Origin: Poseidonia sp.
Lineage (GTDB): Archaea; Thermoplasmatota; Poseidoniia; Poseidoniales; Poseidoniaceae
Length of the DNA stretch: 64,000 bases
Reading direction: 5' to 3'
NCBI GenBank assembly: GCA_965661285.1
Contig: CBFIDD010000003.1
Coordinates: 128,001 to 192,000 of the forward strand
Shown piece by piece: positions 19,619 through 30,050 of this stretch. A program made the position numbers and the translations under genes. Under the pieces are notes generated by a model, which saw nothing but the letters and a program-made list of their open reading frames with translations, did no database searches and was not told where the DNA came from. Each line of letters starts with the position of its first letter. The first letter of the stretch is position 1.

Positions 19619-20512
19619 ATGGCCGTCCTAGGTAAAGGAAATGCACATGGCGCATGCAGTTTGCTTCATGCCGCTGCGCTCGGCTACGGTGCCGGCATTG
19701 CATTGGACCTTCCGGTGACGGTTCGCCTTCTCGACCGGCCAAGCAAGCGAGAAGTCAGAGACGATGACGGCGTTTTGGAAGCCCTTCTTACGGCTTGGAT
19801 GGACGCGGGCCATCCGCTTCCAGAAGGTTTTGAGCGCGAGGACCTTCATTGGGGTGTCAATTCAAAAATTCCAAAAAAGCAAGGGCTGAAATCTTCGGCT
19901 GCGACCTGCATCGCTGCACTCCGAGCGCTTTGTTCCGCCACCGACACGACACTTCAGCCCCTCGAGATGGTTAGCCTCGCCGCAGAGGCCCAAACCTCAG
20001 CAGGCGTCTCGCTCACCGGCTCAATCGACGATGCGTGGGCCTGCATGACGCCCGGGTGGAAACTTGTGGATGTTCAGGCCCCCATCGCTGAGGGTGTGCT
20101 CATGGACCAACCGGGACTGTCTGAAGAAGACTGGACGGTGTTGCTGGTGCTTCGAGGCCCTCGGTCCCAGCAACCGACACTGGAGGATTTTGCGTCCCAG
20201 GTGACGGCGTTCCAACAGGCTCTGGTGGCTCTTCAGGAAAACAACCCATTGGTGGCCATGACGTGGAACGGACGCGGGACGGTCGCAGCACTTCGGGACG
20301 CCGAAGGAAGAAAAATGGCAAATGATTCCTTCATGAACAGCGCTCGAGCCGCCGGAGTCTCCGGTTCCGGACCGGCCCTCGTGATCGTCGTTCCAGCCCA
20401 ACAAACACCAACAATTGAGCGGATAAAATCGTGGTACAGCACACGGTTTCCCGACGCAAAGATTGTCGAAACAACCTTCTTATCAACCGAAATTGAAGAC
20501 GAACTTGAGTGA
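19619..20512 (+). CDS. aroK: Archaeal shikimate kinase (GHMP family)
   Basis: IPKKQGLKSSAA, GVSLTGSIDD, GVSGSGP; within the aro operon. Start ATG 19619. Confidence 0.88.
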   Translation: MAVLGKGNAHGACSLLHAAALGYGAGIALDLPVTVRLLDRPSKREVRDDDGVLEALLTAWMDAGHPLPEGFEREDLHWGVNSKIPKKQGLKSSAATCIAALRALCSATDTTLQPLEMVSLAAEAQTSAGVSLTGSIDDAWACMTPGWKLVDVQAPIAEGVLMDQPGLSEEDWTVLLVLRGPRSQQPTLEDFASQVTAFQQALVALQENNPLVAMTWNGRGTVAALRDAEGRKMANDSFMNSARAAGVSGSGPALVIVVPAQQTPTIERIKSWYSTRFPDAKIVETTFLSTEIEDELE

Positions 20513-20554
20513 ACACCTTCTAAAAGGGCCGCTTGGTGGTCATCTTGTTGAATC

Positions 20555-21637
20555 ATGCAGATGCGTCTCGGTGAGGCTTTGCGTATAACCCTGCGAGGTT
20601 CAAGCCACGGCCCCTTTGTCGGTGCACTTGTGGAGGGCATGCCAAGTGGCATCGCGGTGGATGAGAACCAAGTCCAAGAGGCCATGGCGTTACGAAAAAC
20701 CGGAGGAACCTACAGCAGCAAACGGAAGGAAACCGACCGTGTTGAGTGGAGAACAGGTGTGGCAGACGGCATCACCACCGGTGAAACCATTGAGGTTCAC
20801 ATCGCCAATAACGATGTCCGCTCATCAGACTACAGTTTTCTTCCCGACCACCCCCGGCCGGGGCACCAAGACATGGTGATGATGAAGCGAACAAAAGGAG
20901 AAGCCGATCTTCGGGGAGGGGGCACGTCAAGCGCTCGAATGACGGCCCCCTTGGTGGCCGTCGCCGCCGTTCTTCGCCCGTGGCTCTCCGCTCGAGGCGT
21001 GACCGTTGAAGCCCATCTCGGTGCGATTGGAGGTGTTGAAGCCGCCCCCATGGACACCTGCCCTGAGCGATGGGCTGACGAAACGTGCAGGGCCCTCCGT
21101 TGCAGAGACCCCGCCGCTGCTGGCTTGATGGCGGCGTTGGTGGAACGCACCCGCAAGGAACGAGATTCCATCGGGTCAAGGGTTGACCTGCAAGTTCATG
21201 GCTTGCCACTCGGCCTTGGCGAGCCGTGGTTTGACGGTCTTGAACCCGCCTTGGCACGGGCGATGATGGCGATTCCCGCTGCGCGCGGTGTGGAGATCGG
21301 CCACGGTTTTAGCGTACAGACCATGCGAGGAAGCGAACACAACAGCCCGTGGGGTGGTACCTCGGAGAACCCGATGCTCCAGGGCGAACGTCCTGATGGT
21401 GCTCTGGCAGGGTTGTCAACCGGTGCTCCCGTCCATCTGAGGGTGGCCTTCAAACCTCCATCGAGCATTCCACAAGTCCAGCACACCCTCAATCTCAAGA
21501 CCAACCAGCAGGAACCGCTGGTTGTGAAGGGCCGACACGACCCTGTGCTCGGACCGAGAGCCGTTGCCGTGGTGGAAGCGATGGCCATCCTGGTCATCGG
21601 GGACCTGGTAATTCGAGGGGGTTTTGATGATGAATGA
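20555..21637 (+). CDS. aroC: Chorismate synthase
   Basis: GSSHG, PRPGHQD, RGGGTSSAR, FKPPSSI, GRHDP. Confidence 0.95.
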   Translation: MQMRLGEALRITLRGSSHGPFVGALVEGMPSGIAVDENQVQEAMALRKTGGTYSSKRKETDRVEWRTGVADGITTGETIEVHIANNDVRSSDYSFLPDHPRPGHQDMVMMKRTKGEADLRGGGTSSARMTAPLVAVAAVLRPWLSARGVTVEAHLGAIGGVEAAPMDTCPERWADETCRALRCRDPAAAGLMAALVERTRKERDSIGSRVDLQVHGLPLGLGEPWFDGLEPALARAMMAIPAARGVEIGHGFSVQTMRGSEHNSPWGGTSENPMLQGERPDGALAGLSTGAPVHLRVAFKPPSSIPQVQHTLNLKTNQQEPLVVKGRHDPVLGPRAVAVVEAMAILVIGDLVIRGGFDDE

Positions 21638-22943
21638 ACTCCCTGTGATTCACAAGTTTGGAGGTTCCTGTCTGCGCGACAGTTCTGACTTGGAACACAT
21701 TGCCGACATCATTGCAAAAGCCAACCAACCGGTCGTTTTGGTCGTTTCAGCGCTCTGGGGAACCACCGACCGCTTGATGCGAGCGGCTCAAGAGCCTCGC
21801 TACGCAGGTCGTTTGGTCAATGACCTGGCCAGCCATCACCTACGATTTTCACCTACACTCATCGAATCCCCGCTTTACGAGGTCTTCCAGCGCGTCCTCG
21901 ACGGTATTGAGGAGGCCTTGACGGCGTTGGCAACGGACCGTGAAGATCGTCGGGCCTACAACCAATTGCTCGCCTCAGGCGAACGCCTCTCCGCTCTGGT
22001 CATCGCCCATGCCTTGTCCATTCGGGGCTTTGATGCTCACCCACTCGGTTCAGAAGACATCGGGCTCCAACTCGATGGCGAAGGAACAGCGACGCAGGTC
22101 GACCTCCTCGCGTCACAAAAAAACCTCGACCGCGACGCCTTTCACGGCGTTCCTGTGGTCACCGGATGGTTTGGTGAGGGGACCGATGGCAACATCGCTT
22201 TGCTCGGTCGAGGTGGAAGCGACCACTCCGCGACCGCCCTTGCAGCGCTTCTTCACGCCCAACGGGTCGTTTTGTGGAAGGACGTCCTGGGCATCTATCC
22301 CGTCAACCCTCGTTGGGGTGTGCAATCCGCACCCATCCCCTACCTCGGCTACGCAGAGGCGATTGAATTTTCGAATGCCGACGCCACGATTCTCCACCCC
22401 GCAACGGTTGAGCCCGTGTATGAGATGGGGATACCTATCGAAATTCGCCACTTGGCACGATACAAAGAGAACGGCCTGAAAACCGTCATCGGACCCGACA
22501 TTGAAGCCGATCCCAACATCAAGGGCATCGCCTGTATCCCCAGAGTGGCCTGCGTCAATGTGGAGGTGCGCTACGCCCAAGATGCTGCCCTTGAGCTCAG
22601 CGACCTGCTTCAAGAGTTGAACGAAGCGAACATCCGAATTTGCTCATTTGAGACCACGAATGCACAGTGGCGGTTTGTGTTTCCACAACATGAGGTCTCT
22701 CGTGGGGTTCAGATCATCAAAAAACGTTGCAAGGCAGTGAATTACGAATATTTTGCTGCCATGCTTTCCTTTATTGGTTGCAGGGACATGGGGTACTTCA
22801 AAGAAAAACTCGCTGACCACGACGGCATCAGTGAGAGCCACCTCTACCAGTCAGCCACCTCAATCCACATGCTTTCAAACAGGACGGACATCTCAAGGAT
22901 GCTCGATGAAATGATGGCCATCGTTTCACAAAACGACGATTGA
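21627..22943 (+). CDS. lysC: Aspartate kinase
   Basis: HKFGGS, VVSA..GTTD, SGERLS, LGRGGSDHSA, WKDV.GI, ILHP; ACT-like C-terminus. Confidence 0.88.
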   Translation: MMNELPVIHKFGGSCLRDSSDLEHIADIIAKANQPVVLVVSALWGTTDRLMRAAQEPRYAGRLVNDLASHHLRFSPTLIESPLYEVFQRVLDGIEEALTALATDREDRRAYNQLLASGERLSALVIAHALSIRGFDAHPLGSEDIGLQLDGEGTATQVDLLASQKNLDRDAFHGVPVVTGWFGEGTDGNIALLGRGGSDHSATALAALLHAQRVVLWKDVLGIYPVNPRWGVQSAPIPYLGYAEAIEFSNADATILHPATVEPVYEMGIPIEIRHLARYKENGLKTVIGPDIEADPNIKGIACIPRVACVNVEVRYAQDAALELSDLLQELNEANIRICSFETTNAQWRFVFPQHEVSRGVQIIKKRCKAVNYEYFAAMLSFIGCRDMGYFKEKLADHDGISESHLYQSATSIHMLSNRTDISRMLDEMMAIVSQNDD

Positions 22944-22944
22944 A

Positions 22945-23868
22945 TCAGTCGGCTTGTCGCTCTCGGAAGCGCTGAAGGTGGGTTGGAAGGTTAAGTCCGA
23001 ACAAGATGCCGACGGTGATGAACACAAACATCGTACCCAGGGCCACACCGTAGACCGATGTCAACTCAACGGATTCTCGCATCCGGTTGGCGGTATCGCC
23101 CGAAAAGATGCCAACAATCCACGGAAGGATGGTGTTGGCCGACAGCACGAACCACGCCAAGAGCGTGGCGAGAACGGGGTTGATGATCAGTGAGCGATGG
23201 TATTTGGAAACGATCTTCTTTGGATTCATGACGTAGACTTCGTTGGTGCGAATGCTTGTGTCAAGCATGGAATAGCGAATAACACCGTTGCTCAACTCGA
23301 AATACATGATGAGCAGTACGGCGTAAACCACGACGAGGACAGAGAGCATGGTCGGATTGTCCTGAAGGTTGAACAGGTTGTTGGACAGCGAAGTGGTCGA
23401 TGAGGCGAATCGCAGGATAGCCAAGATGAACAAGAGATTGCTGCCCAAAGACAAGCGAGCATCACGCTTGAACGTGCCCATGAAACCGAGGACTGTAGCC
23501 GCTGCGATGATGGTTAACTGCATGATGTTCGCCAAACCGAGACTACCGGTGAGGATGTACCAAACAGTTCCCTGCGGGGGCGAGATGATGTAGGTAAGGA
23601 AGGCCAGGGCCACCAAAATTCCATACACGGCATTCTGCAAGTTTTGCACCATCTTGTCAGGTGGCAAGAACTTCATTTTCGGGACGAGCGGTCCACCCAG
23701 CAGGCTTTCGATGAACGTCGGAATCTCCACTGTTGGAATCGCATCCTTGGGGATATCGCTACCCGCACCGACTTGACCTGCAGCCTTCTTTCGTGAAGGG
23801 GCGGACGAGCGAACGGTCTTCCCGTCGTAGAGGTGGGAGGTATCGGCTGATGGTCGATTGATGGCCAT
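22945..23868 (-). CDS. Multi-pass membrane protein, last gene of the MoxR operon
   Basis: About 6 hydrophobic helices; GAGGTGA SD. Confidence 0.7.
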   Translation of the reverse strand: MAINRPSADTSHLYDGKTVRSSAPSRKKAAGQVGAGSDIPKDAIPTVEIPTFIESLLGGPLVPKMKFLPPDKMVQNLQNAVYGILVALAFLTYIISPPQGTVWYILTGSLGLANIMQLTIIAAATVLGFMGTFKRDARLSLGSNLLFILAILRFASSTTSLSNNLFNLQDNPTMLSVLVVVYAVLLIMYFELSNGVIRYSMLDTSIRTNEVYVMNPKKIVSKYHRSLIINPVLATLLAWFVLSANTILPWIVGIFSGDTANRMRESVELTSVYGVALGTMFVFITVGILFGLNLPTHLQRFRERQAD

Positions 23869-23877
23869 GACTTCACC

Positions 23878-25191
23878 TCAGAATCCTCGTGCTCCTGCCA
23901 GAGCGGTGGAGAGCAGCATATCGGGCTCCCAATCCATGATGTTCACACCGAGTCCACGAAGTTCGCCGATGAGGACGTCCCGTTCGGTCTTCATCACTTC
24001 GTATCCGGTTCGGTCGATGCGCTTGGCATCAAACTCGAATTCGAGCGATGAGGGTGAAAGCACGGTAACATCGAAATCACGCGCTCGGAAATCCCGAAGC
24101 GCATTGACGATGGTTGGGTCGTCTTCCAAGTTCGAGAGGAAGATGATTGGGCTTCCCTTGTTGATGTGAGGCAGAATGCGATTCACGACCACCTGAAGCG
24201 GGATGTTGCCGCGGGCAACTGCCCCGGCCAACTTGGTCAAGATGACGTAGAGTTGCTTCTTTCCTGTGTCTCGGTCAACGCTGACGACCTCATCACCATA
24301 GACGATGACACCCACCGAGTCCCGACGGCCAAGGAAATACTTGGCAAGCGATGCGGCAGCCCGGGTGGAATACACCAACGCGTTTCGAGAGACGGGGCCG
24401 GTTTCAGCGACAGCACGTGAATCAACAATGATGATCACGTCCGACACGGCATCTCGCTCACGCTCGTTCACCATCAACTTGCCAGAGCGAGCGTACGCCG
24501 ACCAGTTGATGGCACGGAACGAATCGCCTTCGAAGTACTCACGAAGCGAGTAGAACTCCGAACCAGGACCTGGCTGGCGAATGTTGACGGCACCTGTGAA
24601 GATCTTCGGAACGCGAGATTTCACGAAGGTTTCCTTGAGGTCCTCCATCTTGGGGAACACAAGGAAGTCGTTGTAAACGTGCAGTTCCTTTTCCTTGTGG
24701 AACAAGCCGAACGCGTCTTGAATACGGACGGTGACAGGTCCAAGGCTGTAAAATCCACGCAGCGGACACTCAACGGTGTATTCGATGAACGTCTCACGAC
24801 GTGGACCCAATTCCATGAGGATGTAATTGGCACCTTCTTTGATTCGCATCACTTCCGGAACACGATCTCGCACTTCCAGGATCTTGGGAAGTGACGAGGT
24901 GTTTTGCATTCGCAATGTCACGTTTAATTCTCCGTCCTCAAACATGCGAGCACTGGACAGCTTTCGCATAGCGACGACATTGCCCAAGGCAACGCCTTCC
25001 TCACCACTCCATTCTTCTGCACGACGACCGCTCGATGCAACATCCGCATGGTTCCCAATGAGTGCAGCCCATGTTAGGAACACGAAGATAACCACGGCAA
25101 TCGTGACGAGTTGGGTGTTTCGGAGCGTCAAGCCAAGCAAGTACATGGCAACAGCTAGGCTGCCAAGCATGGCTGACTTGCGACTCCACAT
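23878..25191 (-). CDS. DUF58-family (VWA-like) MoxR partner
   Basis: EFYSLREYFEGDSFRAINWSAYARSGKLMVNE, N-terminal TMs, follows MoxR. Confidence 0.9.
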   Translation of the reverse strand: MWSRKSAMLGSLAVAMYLLGLTLRNTQLVTIAVVIFVFLTWAALIGNHADVASSGRRAEEWSGEEGVALGNVVAMRKLSSARMFEDGELNVTLRMQNTSSLPKILEVRDRVPEVMRIKEGANYILMELGPRRETFIEYTVECPLRGFYSLGPVTVRIQDAFGLFHKEKELHVYNDFLVFPKMEDLKETFVKSRVPKIFTGAVNIRQPGPGSEFYSLREYFEGDSFRAINWSAYARSGKLMVNERERDAVSDVIIIVDSRAVAETGPVSRNALVYSTRAAASLAKYFLGRRDSVGVIVYGDEVVSVDRDTGKKQLYVILTKLAGAVARGNIPLQVVVNRILPHINKGSPIIFLSNLEDDPTIVNALRDFRARDFDVTVLSPSSLEFEFDAKRIDRTGYEVMKTERDVLIGELRGLGVNIMDWEPDMLLSTALAGARGF

Positions 25192-25225
25192 GTTTGATTC
25201 ACCTCAGAGTGTTTCGCTACCGGTT

Positions 25226-26353
25226 TCAAACCGTTGGCACAGGGACTTCGCGGAGAATGGACTGAATGACCTCTCCGGCTTCGAGACCCTTGATTTGGTG
25301 CTCTGGTTTCAAAATGATACGGTGGGCGATGGCGAGTTCTGCGATGGCCTTGACGTCGTCTGGAGTGACGAAGTCGCGACCTCGCAAAGCAGCGGCGGCT
25401 CGGGAGGTCTTCAACAAAGCCTGGGAACCACGAGGCGAAGCGCCGACGAGAACACGTGGGTCCTCACGGGTGCGGGAAACGACTTCGACCATGTACATGC
25501 GCAGGGCTGGGTCGACGTAGACGTCTTCACAGGCTTGTTGCATGGCGATCACACGAGCGGGGTCGGTGATGACATCGACATCGACGGCGTCCTTTCCGCG
25601 GCTGATACGGCGGGCGAGGATTTCGTCTTCGTCTGCACGGTCGGGGTAGCCGACGGACATCTTGAACATGAAACGGTCAAGTTGTGCTTCGGGCAGTGGG
25701 TAGGTGCCTTCCTGCTCGACCGGGTTTTGGGTGGCCATAACAATGAACGGTGCTGGCAACTTGTGGGTCACCGTACCGATGGTCACCTGCTTCTCCTGCA
25801 TAGCCTCAAGCAGTGCAGCTTGGGTCTTGGGAGGTGCACGGTTGATCTCGTCAGCGAGGAGGAGATTGCAGAACAACGGACCGGGCTTGAACGTAAATTC
25901 GCCCTTCTTGGCGTCGTAAATGTTGGTACCGGTGATATCAGCAGGGAGCAAGTCAGGCGTGAACTGAACACGCTTGAAATCACAACCCAGGGCGTCAGCG
26001 AAGGTGTTGGTCATCAACGTCTTGGCCAGACCGGGGTAATCTTCGAAGAGAAGGTTCCCGTTGGACAGGATGTTGATCAGCACGTTGTCGATGACGTGTG
26101 ACTTACCGATAATGACCTTCTGGACTTCGGCTGAAATCGCTTGAGCGATTGCACCGACGGCCTTGAGGCGCTCTCGGACTTCTGGGGTACTCTGGTGCTT
26201 CGGCTGGGCCGGAGCGGCCGGTGCTGCAGGTGCAACAGGTGCGGCGGGTGCGGCAGGTGCCGCTGGTGCGGCAGGTGCTGCAGGGGCCACTGGTGCTGCT
26301 GGCGCTGCAGGTACAGGCGCGGGCGGGGCTGCTGGGGGGGTTGGGGGTTGCAT
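25226..26353 (-). CDS. moxR: MoxR-family AAA+ ATPase with Pro/Ala-rich N-terminus
   Basis: PGLAKT, RVQFTPDLLPADITG, LLADEINRAPPKTQAALLEAMQE, ATQNPVEQEGTYPLPEAQLDRF. Confidence 0.95.
   Translation of the reverse strand: MQPPTPPAAPPAPVPAAPAAPVAPAAPAAPAAPAAPAAPVAPAAPAAPAQPKHQSTPEVRERLKAVGAIAQAISAEVQKVIIGKSHVIDNVLINILSNGNLLFEDYPGLAKTLMTNTFADALGCDFKRVQFTPDLLPADITGTNIYDAKKGEFTFKPGPLFCNLLLADEINRAPPKTQAALLEAMQEKQVTIGTVTHKLPAPFIVMATQNPVEQEGTYPLPEAQLDRFMFKMSVGYPDRADEDEILARRISRGKDAVDVDVITDPARVIAMQQACEDVYVDPALRMYMVEVVSRTREDPRVLVGASPRGSQALLKTSRAAAALRGRDFVTPDDVKAIAELAIAHRIILKPEHQIKGLEAGEVIQSILREVPVPTV
26204..26344 (-). repeat. Degenerate 9-nt coding repeat encoding (PAA)n
   Basis: PAAPPAPVPAAPAAPVAPAAPAAPAAPAAPAAPVAPAAPAAPAQP. 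Confidence 0.85.
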
Positions 26354-26370
26354 TTTTTATCCTCCTTGTT

Positions 26371-27948
26371 TCAATTTCCCCAACGACGTATCTGAGGAAT
26401 CAACTCCCTCAGTTCTTCGTTGGAGTAGACACGGTTCGAACTCACCAGTTCGACCAATCGGGGTTCGCGGACCATTTGCATGACCTCGGCGGGGGACTTG
26501 CGCGCAAATTCATCACGCGTCAGGTCGTTGAAGTTGCGAACCTTGGCCAAAAAGGCCTCTCGGGTTCGCCGCTGGTATTGAGAGGGGTCCAACTTTGTGG
26601 GACGCTCTCTGAAACGAGTAAGGTCAAAGACGTGCCGCCAGTTCTCTTTCTCTGGGACCACCATGATGGCGATGGCCAGTAGCGCAAAGAGGTTGAGGAT
26701 AATGAGCCACTTGAGCACACCATCGCTGGTCAACAGAACGATGGCGCCCATGGCTTCGGTAAACGGCATGGAAAGGCTGCCCGAGACGTGTCGGCTCTCG
26801 TCAAAGACGATGTTGAACGAGCCGGTGTTTCGTGCGATGGTTGCCGAGAGTTCGGTGTTGTCAAACTCCATCATGTCGTTGATGAGGGCGGTGAAGAATG
26901 CCTCGTTGCCCCGCCAGGTCGTGTCGCCAAGTCCTGCGTTGAGTCCCTCGGAGTCGGTGTCCCAGCACATATGGCCAAACTGAATGTACAACTCGGATTC
27001 GCATTGCTGCTTTCCGGTTTCCTCGGCGAAGTCTTGGTCCCAAAGGTGGTTGGCCAACACCGAGTGGTCGGAAACAAACACGATGCTTCCCGTGGCGCTG
27101 ATTTCACCCATGTCGCCGCCTAGATCGAGCGAACGCTGGTCGAGAACGGTTTGATCGGGGTAGTCAATTCGAATGATCAAACCGGTTTCTCCCTCACCCA
27201 GTGTGGGGTTGGATTCGCCCTTCCCTGCATCGATTTCAGCAGAGGTTGAAGCTGCAGCGAGAACATGGATGGCTCGGCCTTCATCGGCTTGCTCATCGAG
27301 CACCTGAATAGCCGTGGGACGGTGAAAGAGCACCGGAATTCTGCAATTCTCAACGTTTTCTTGGTTCACGTCGTCTTCGCTGCAGGGTACCGATTTCTCA
27401 TCACCCATGGTGCTGATATCACGGGTGACGCTGGCCACCGACCAGAGTTTCTTGGTATCGGGGCTAATACGCTCTCCGTTGTCGTTGGTGACCTCGTAGT
27501 AGCGGCCTGTGCTGATGTCGTCTCGGACCGGGGCGTCAAAGTACTTCACACCAAATTCTTCGGCCACCAGTTGGGCATTGGTTGAGTTTGATGCGAGGAT
27601 GACCTTGCCGGCTCGCTCGGTCACAAAGTCGTGGATGGCAGCTGCTTCTGCGGCATCAAAGGGCTTCTCAGGTGCGGCGATAACGAGCATGGTGCGGTGT
27701 GGGTTCTGCCAGTCGTTGACCAACATGGGCGTGGACATGGTGTTGGCCACAGTGAAATCTTCGAGACTGTCTCGCATCAACGTCAACTGCTGCTCGTCGT
27801 ATTCAGAGCCGTTTTCATAGGGGGAAAAGACCGTCGTTTTCCCGGCAGAGACGATGGCGATGACAGCTGTGGAAAGGACAACGGAAACCAGCAGACCAAT
27901 CATGAGCCATGCTTCAAGGCTCAGATTGCTTTTTTCGGCTTCTGCCAT
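26371..27948 (-). CDS. DUF4350-like membrane protein, first gene of the MoxR operon
   Basis: N-terminal TM, LVIAAPEKPF..EAAAIHDFV..GKVILA, IVFVSDHSVLAN, IVFDESRH, second TM. Confidence 0.65.
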   Translation of the reverse strand: MAEAEKSNLSLEAWLMIGLLVSVVLSTAVIAIVSAGKTTVFSPYENGSEYDEQQLTLMRDSLEDFTVANTMSTPMLVNDWQNPHRTMLVIAAPEKPFDAAEAAAIHDFVTERAGKVILASNSTNAQLVAEEFGVKYFDAPVRDDISTGRYYEVTNDNGERISPDTKKLWSVASVTRDISTMGDEKSVPCSEDDVNQENVENCRIPVLFHRPTAIQVLDEQADEGRAIHVLAAASTSAEIDAGKGESNPTLGEGETGLIIRIDYPDQTVLDQRSLDLGGDMGEISATGSIVFVSDHSVLANHLWDQDFAEETGKQQCESELYIQFGHMCWDTDSEGLNAGLGDTTWRGNEAFFTALINDMMEFDNTELSATIARNTGSFNIVFDESRHVSGSLSMPFTEAMGAIVLLTSDGVLKWLIILNLFALLAIAIMVVPEKENWRHVFDLTRFRERPTKLDPSQYQRRTREAFLAKVRNFNDLTRDEFARKSPAEVMQMVREPRLVELVSSNRVYSNEELRELIPQIRRWGN

Positions 27949-28130
27949 ACTACTTCCCCGATTCCTGTGACAAAATGCACAGATTTACATCCTTCGGAGA
28001 CACATTCCACACATAATAGTTGCTCAACGATGGGCATGACTATCGGTTGAATGTTGAGATTCAGTCAAACAAAACCAACGCTCAAAAATGCCGCCAAAAA
28101 CCGAAAAATTACACTTTTCCCAACCGGGCT

Positions 28131-29075
28131 TCAAACACGTCGCCAGCGGGCGACAAGAAGAGCAAGCAGCACGACCATCACAACATCGTAGAGCGAAACC
28201 CAAGGCAGCGAGGAGGCATCTGGACGTGCGGGTTCATCCTCGTCATCCTCAACCTCGCTGGTCGTTTCTTCGACCGAAGGAGCGACGACGTTCACATCGA
28301 TGGTGCTTGAGCGCTGAGATTTATCCCCTTCGGATTCGATGGCGATGGACACCTCACAGGTGCGTTCTTGATGGCTCGTACTCGCCTCCAATCGAAGCGT
28401 GAACTGCACGGCATTCTCGCCGTTGGCGTTGGTCACCTGAACCACCGTGTTCTCGAGTTGGTCAAGGCCCGCCACGGAGAGGTGGGGGCAACTGCGAATG
28501 CTTGCTTCGCCCATCGTGATGGCGTCTTGGGTGTTGCCGAGATTGCTGACCTCGAGCGTGAAATCAACCCAAGAACCCGAGAACAAGGTATCGGAGGGCT
28601 CGATGAGGTTTGGAATCAAGCGGTACATCCGGGGCACCGTCACATCGGCCGCAACTTCCTGAGAACGAAGCGTTGAATCGCCCACCTTTTCTTCGCCAAG
28701 AACGGTGAACTCAATGCTTGAAGATGGGGAAAACGAACGAACGGTTTGAGCGTCTTCTCCGCTGATGCTGATGGTGAACGTGTCGTTTGTGTTTCCTGCG
28801 ACCTCGATGTCTTCGGGGCCGTCAAAGGAAAACGGACTGTCCTCATCATAATCGTAAGAGAGCGCCAAATTGAGGGCAGCAGGGCCTTCGTTGGATACAT
28901 AGACGACCAACTCACCCGTCAAATCCCAATCCTCTTCCAAATCGACGAGGTATTTCGGGTCAACATCGGTCACCCAACCCATCTCCCATGACGGGCCTTG
29001 CATGTCCTGCGCATGTGTTGTGGGAAAGCCCATGAAGAACAAGAGGGCTACAAGAAGCGTGACTTTTGCCTTCAA
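28131..29075 (-). CDS. Secreted beta-sandwich protein with archaeosortase-like C-terminal sorting signal
   Basis: TTG start with GAGGTGA SD, signal peptide, VSNLGNTQD, acidic linker, LPW-hydrophobic-RWRR tail. Confidence 0.6.
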   Translation of the reverse strand: MKAKVTLLVALLFFMGFPTTHAQDMQGPSWEMGWVTDVDPKYLVDLEEDWDLTGELVVYVSNEGPAALNLALSYDYDEDSPFSFDGPEDIEVAGNTNDTFTISISGEDAQTVRSFSPSSSIEFTVLGEEKVGDSTLRSQEVAADVTVPRMYRLIPNLIEPSDTLFSGSWVDFTLEVSNLGNTQDAITMGEASIRSCPHLSVAGLDQLENTVVQVTNANGENAVQFTLRLEASTSHQERTCEVSIAIESEGDKSQRSSTIDVNVVAPSVEETTSEVEDDEDEPARPDASSLPWVSLYDVVMVVLLALLVARWRRV

Positions 29076-29084
29076 CTCATCACC

Positions 29085-30050
29085 TCAATTAAGTATGCCG
29101 CGAAGGGCGCGCTTGGTCAGTGTCTTCACCATCGCTCGACGGTATCGAGGAGGGAGCGCAGTATTGTTGACCGGTTTGACCGATTTTTGTACGATTTTGG
29201 CCAGCGTAAGCGGTTCAAGCTCTCCCGATGCGAGGTGTTCCTCAACCTGTTCGTTGTGCAGACGAGGAATGGATTCAAGCGCCGTGCTGGCAACCAGCAA
29301 TGTCGAAGCATCTCCAGGAACCCATGAGGCAGCAACACCCGCCTCCGGGAAATCCCATGAGTCGCGAACGCGGAGTTTCTGGTAGCACCCTTTGCGTTGG
29401 GCCGCTTGGTCAGGAAGCACCACCTTCAGAAGGAATTCGCCGGTTTTGAGAACGTTTTTCTTCATGCCATCCAACTCGTAAAACTCTGAGAGCGGCATCG
29501 TCCGCTCGCCTTCGGGTCCAATGAGCACAACGGAGGCCCCAAGGACCATGAAATTGGGCGCCATATCGCCTTGGTAGGTGGCCACACAAAGCGTGTTCTG
29601 GTTGGGAATGACACGGCAATCCGCACCCGTTCCGCAGTCTGCTTTGTGACACCAATCAATGGATCTGCGCCAGTCCTCGCTCTGGTTGTACCAGAAGCAT
29701 CGCGTATCAAGGCAGAGGTTGCCCCCTACGGTTGCGCTCTTACGAATCAAAGAAGAAGCCACTTTGGAGGCGGCTTGAACCAGCAACGGGTGGACATCGT
29801 TCTCCGATGTGAGGGATGAAAGGGGGACCATGCAGCCCAACTCGTGAGGCGTCAGAACATGGGCCTCCTCGATGCCCGCCAATGAGATGACGTGGGGTTT
29901 TGGATTGATGCGCCACTTGTAGTTGGGCAGCACATCCGTACCTCCAGCAACCCAGTCAAACGATTCCCCGTTGGCCATGATGGAGGCAGCGAGGTCAACG
30001 GCTTGTTCAACCGATGTTGGATGATGAAGTTCGAACGGAGGCATCAGCAT
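29085..30050 (-). CDS. Xanthine-dehydrogenase-family FAD subunit with extra [4Fe-4S] insert (HcrB-like)
   Basis: AGGTD, ATVGGNLCLDTRCFWYNQSEDWRRSIDWCHK...C...CVATYQGD, KLRVRDSWDFP. Confidence 0.88.
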   Translation of the reverse strand: MLMPPFELHHPTSVEQAVDLAASIMANGESFDWVAGGTDVLPNYKWRINPKPHVISLAGIEEAHVLTPHELGCMVPLSSLTSENDVHPLLVQAASKVASSLIRKSATVGGNLCLDTRCFWYNQSEDWRRSIDWCHKADCGTGADCRVIPNQNTLCVATYQGDMAPNFMVLGASVVLIGPEGERTMPLSEFYELDGMKKNVLKTGEFLLKVVLPDQAAQRKGCYQKLRVRDSWDFPEAGVAASWVPGDASTLLVASTALESIPRLHNEQVEEHLASGELEPLTLAKIVQKSVKPVNNTALPPRYRRAMVKTLTKRALRGILN

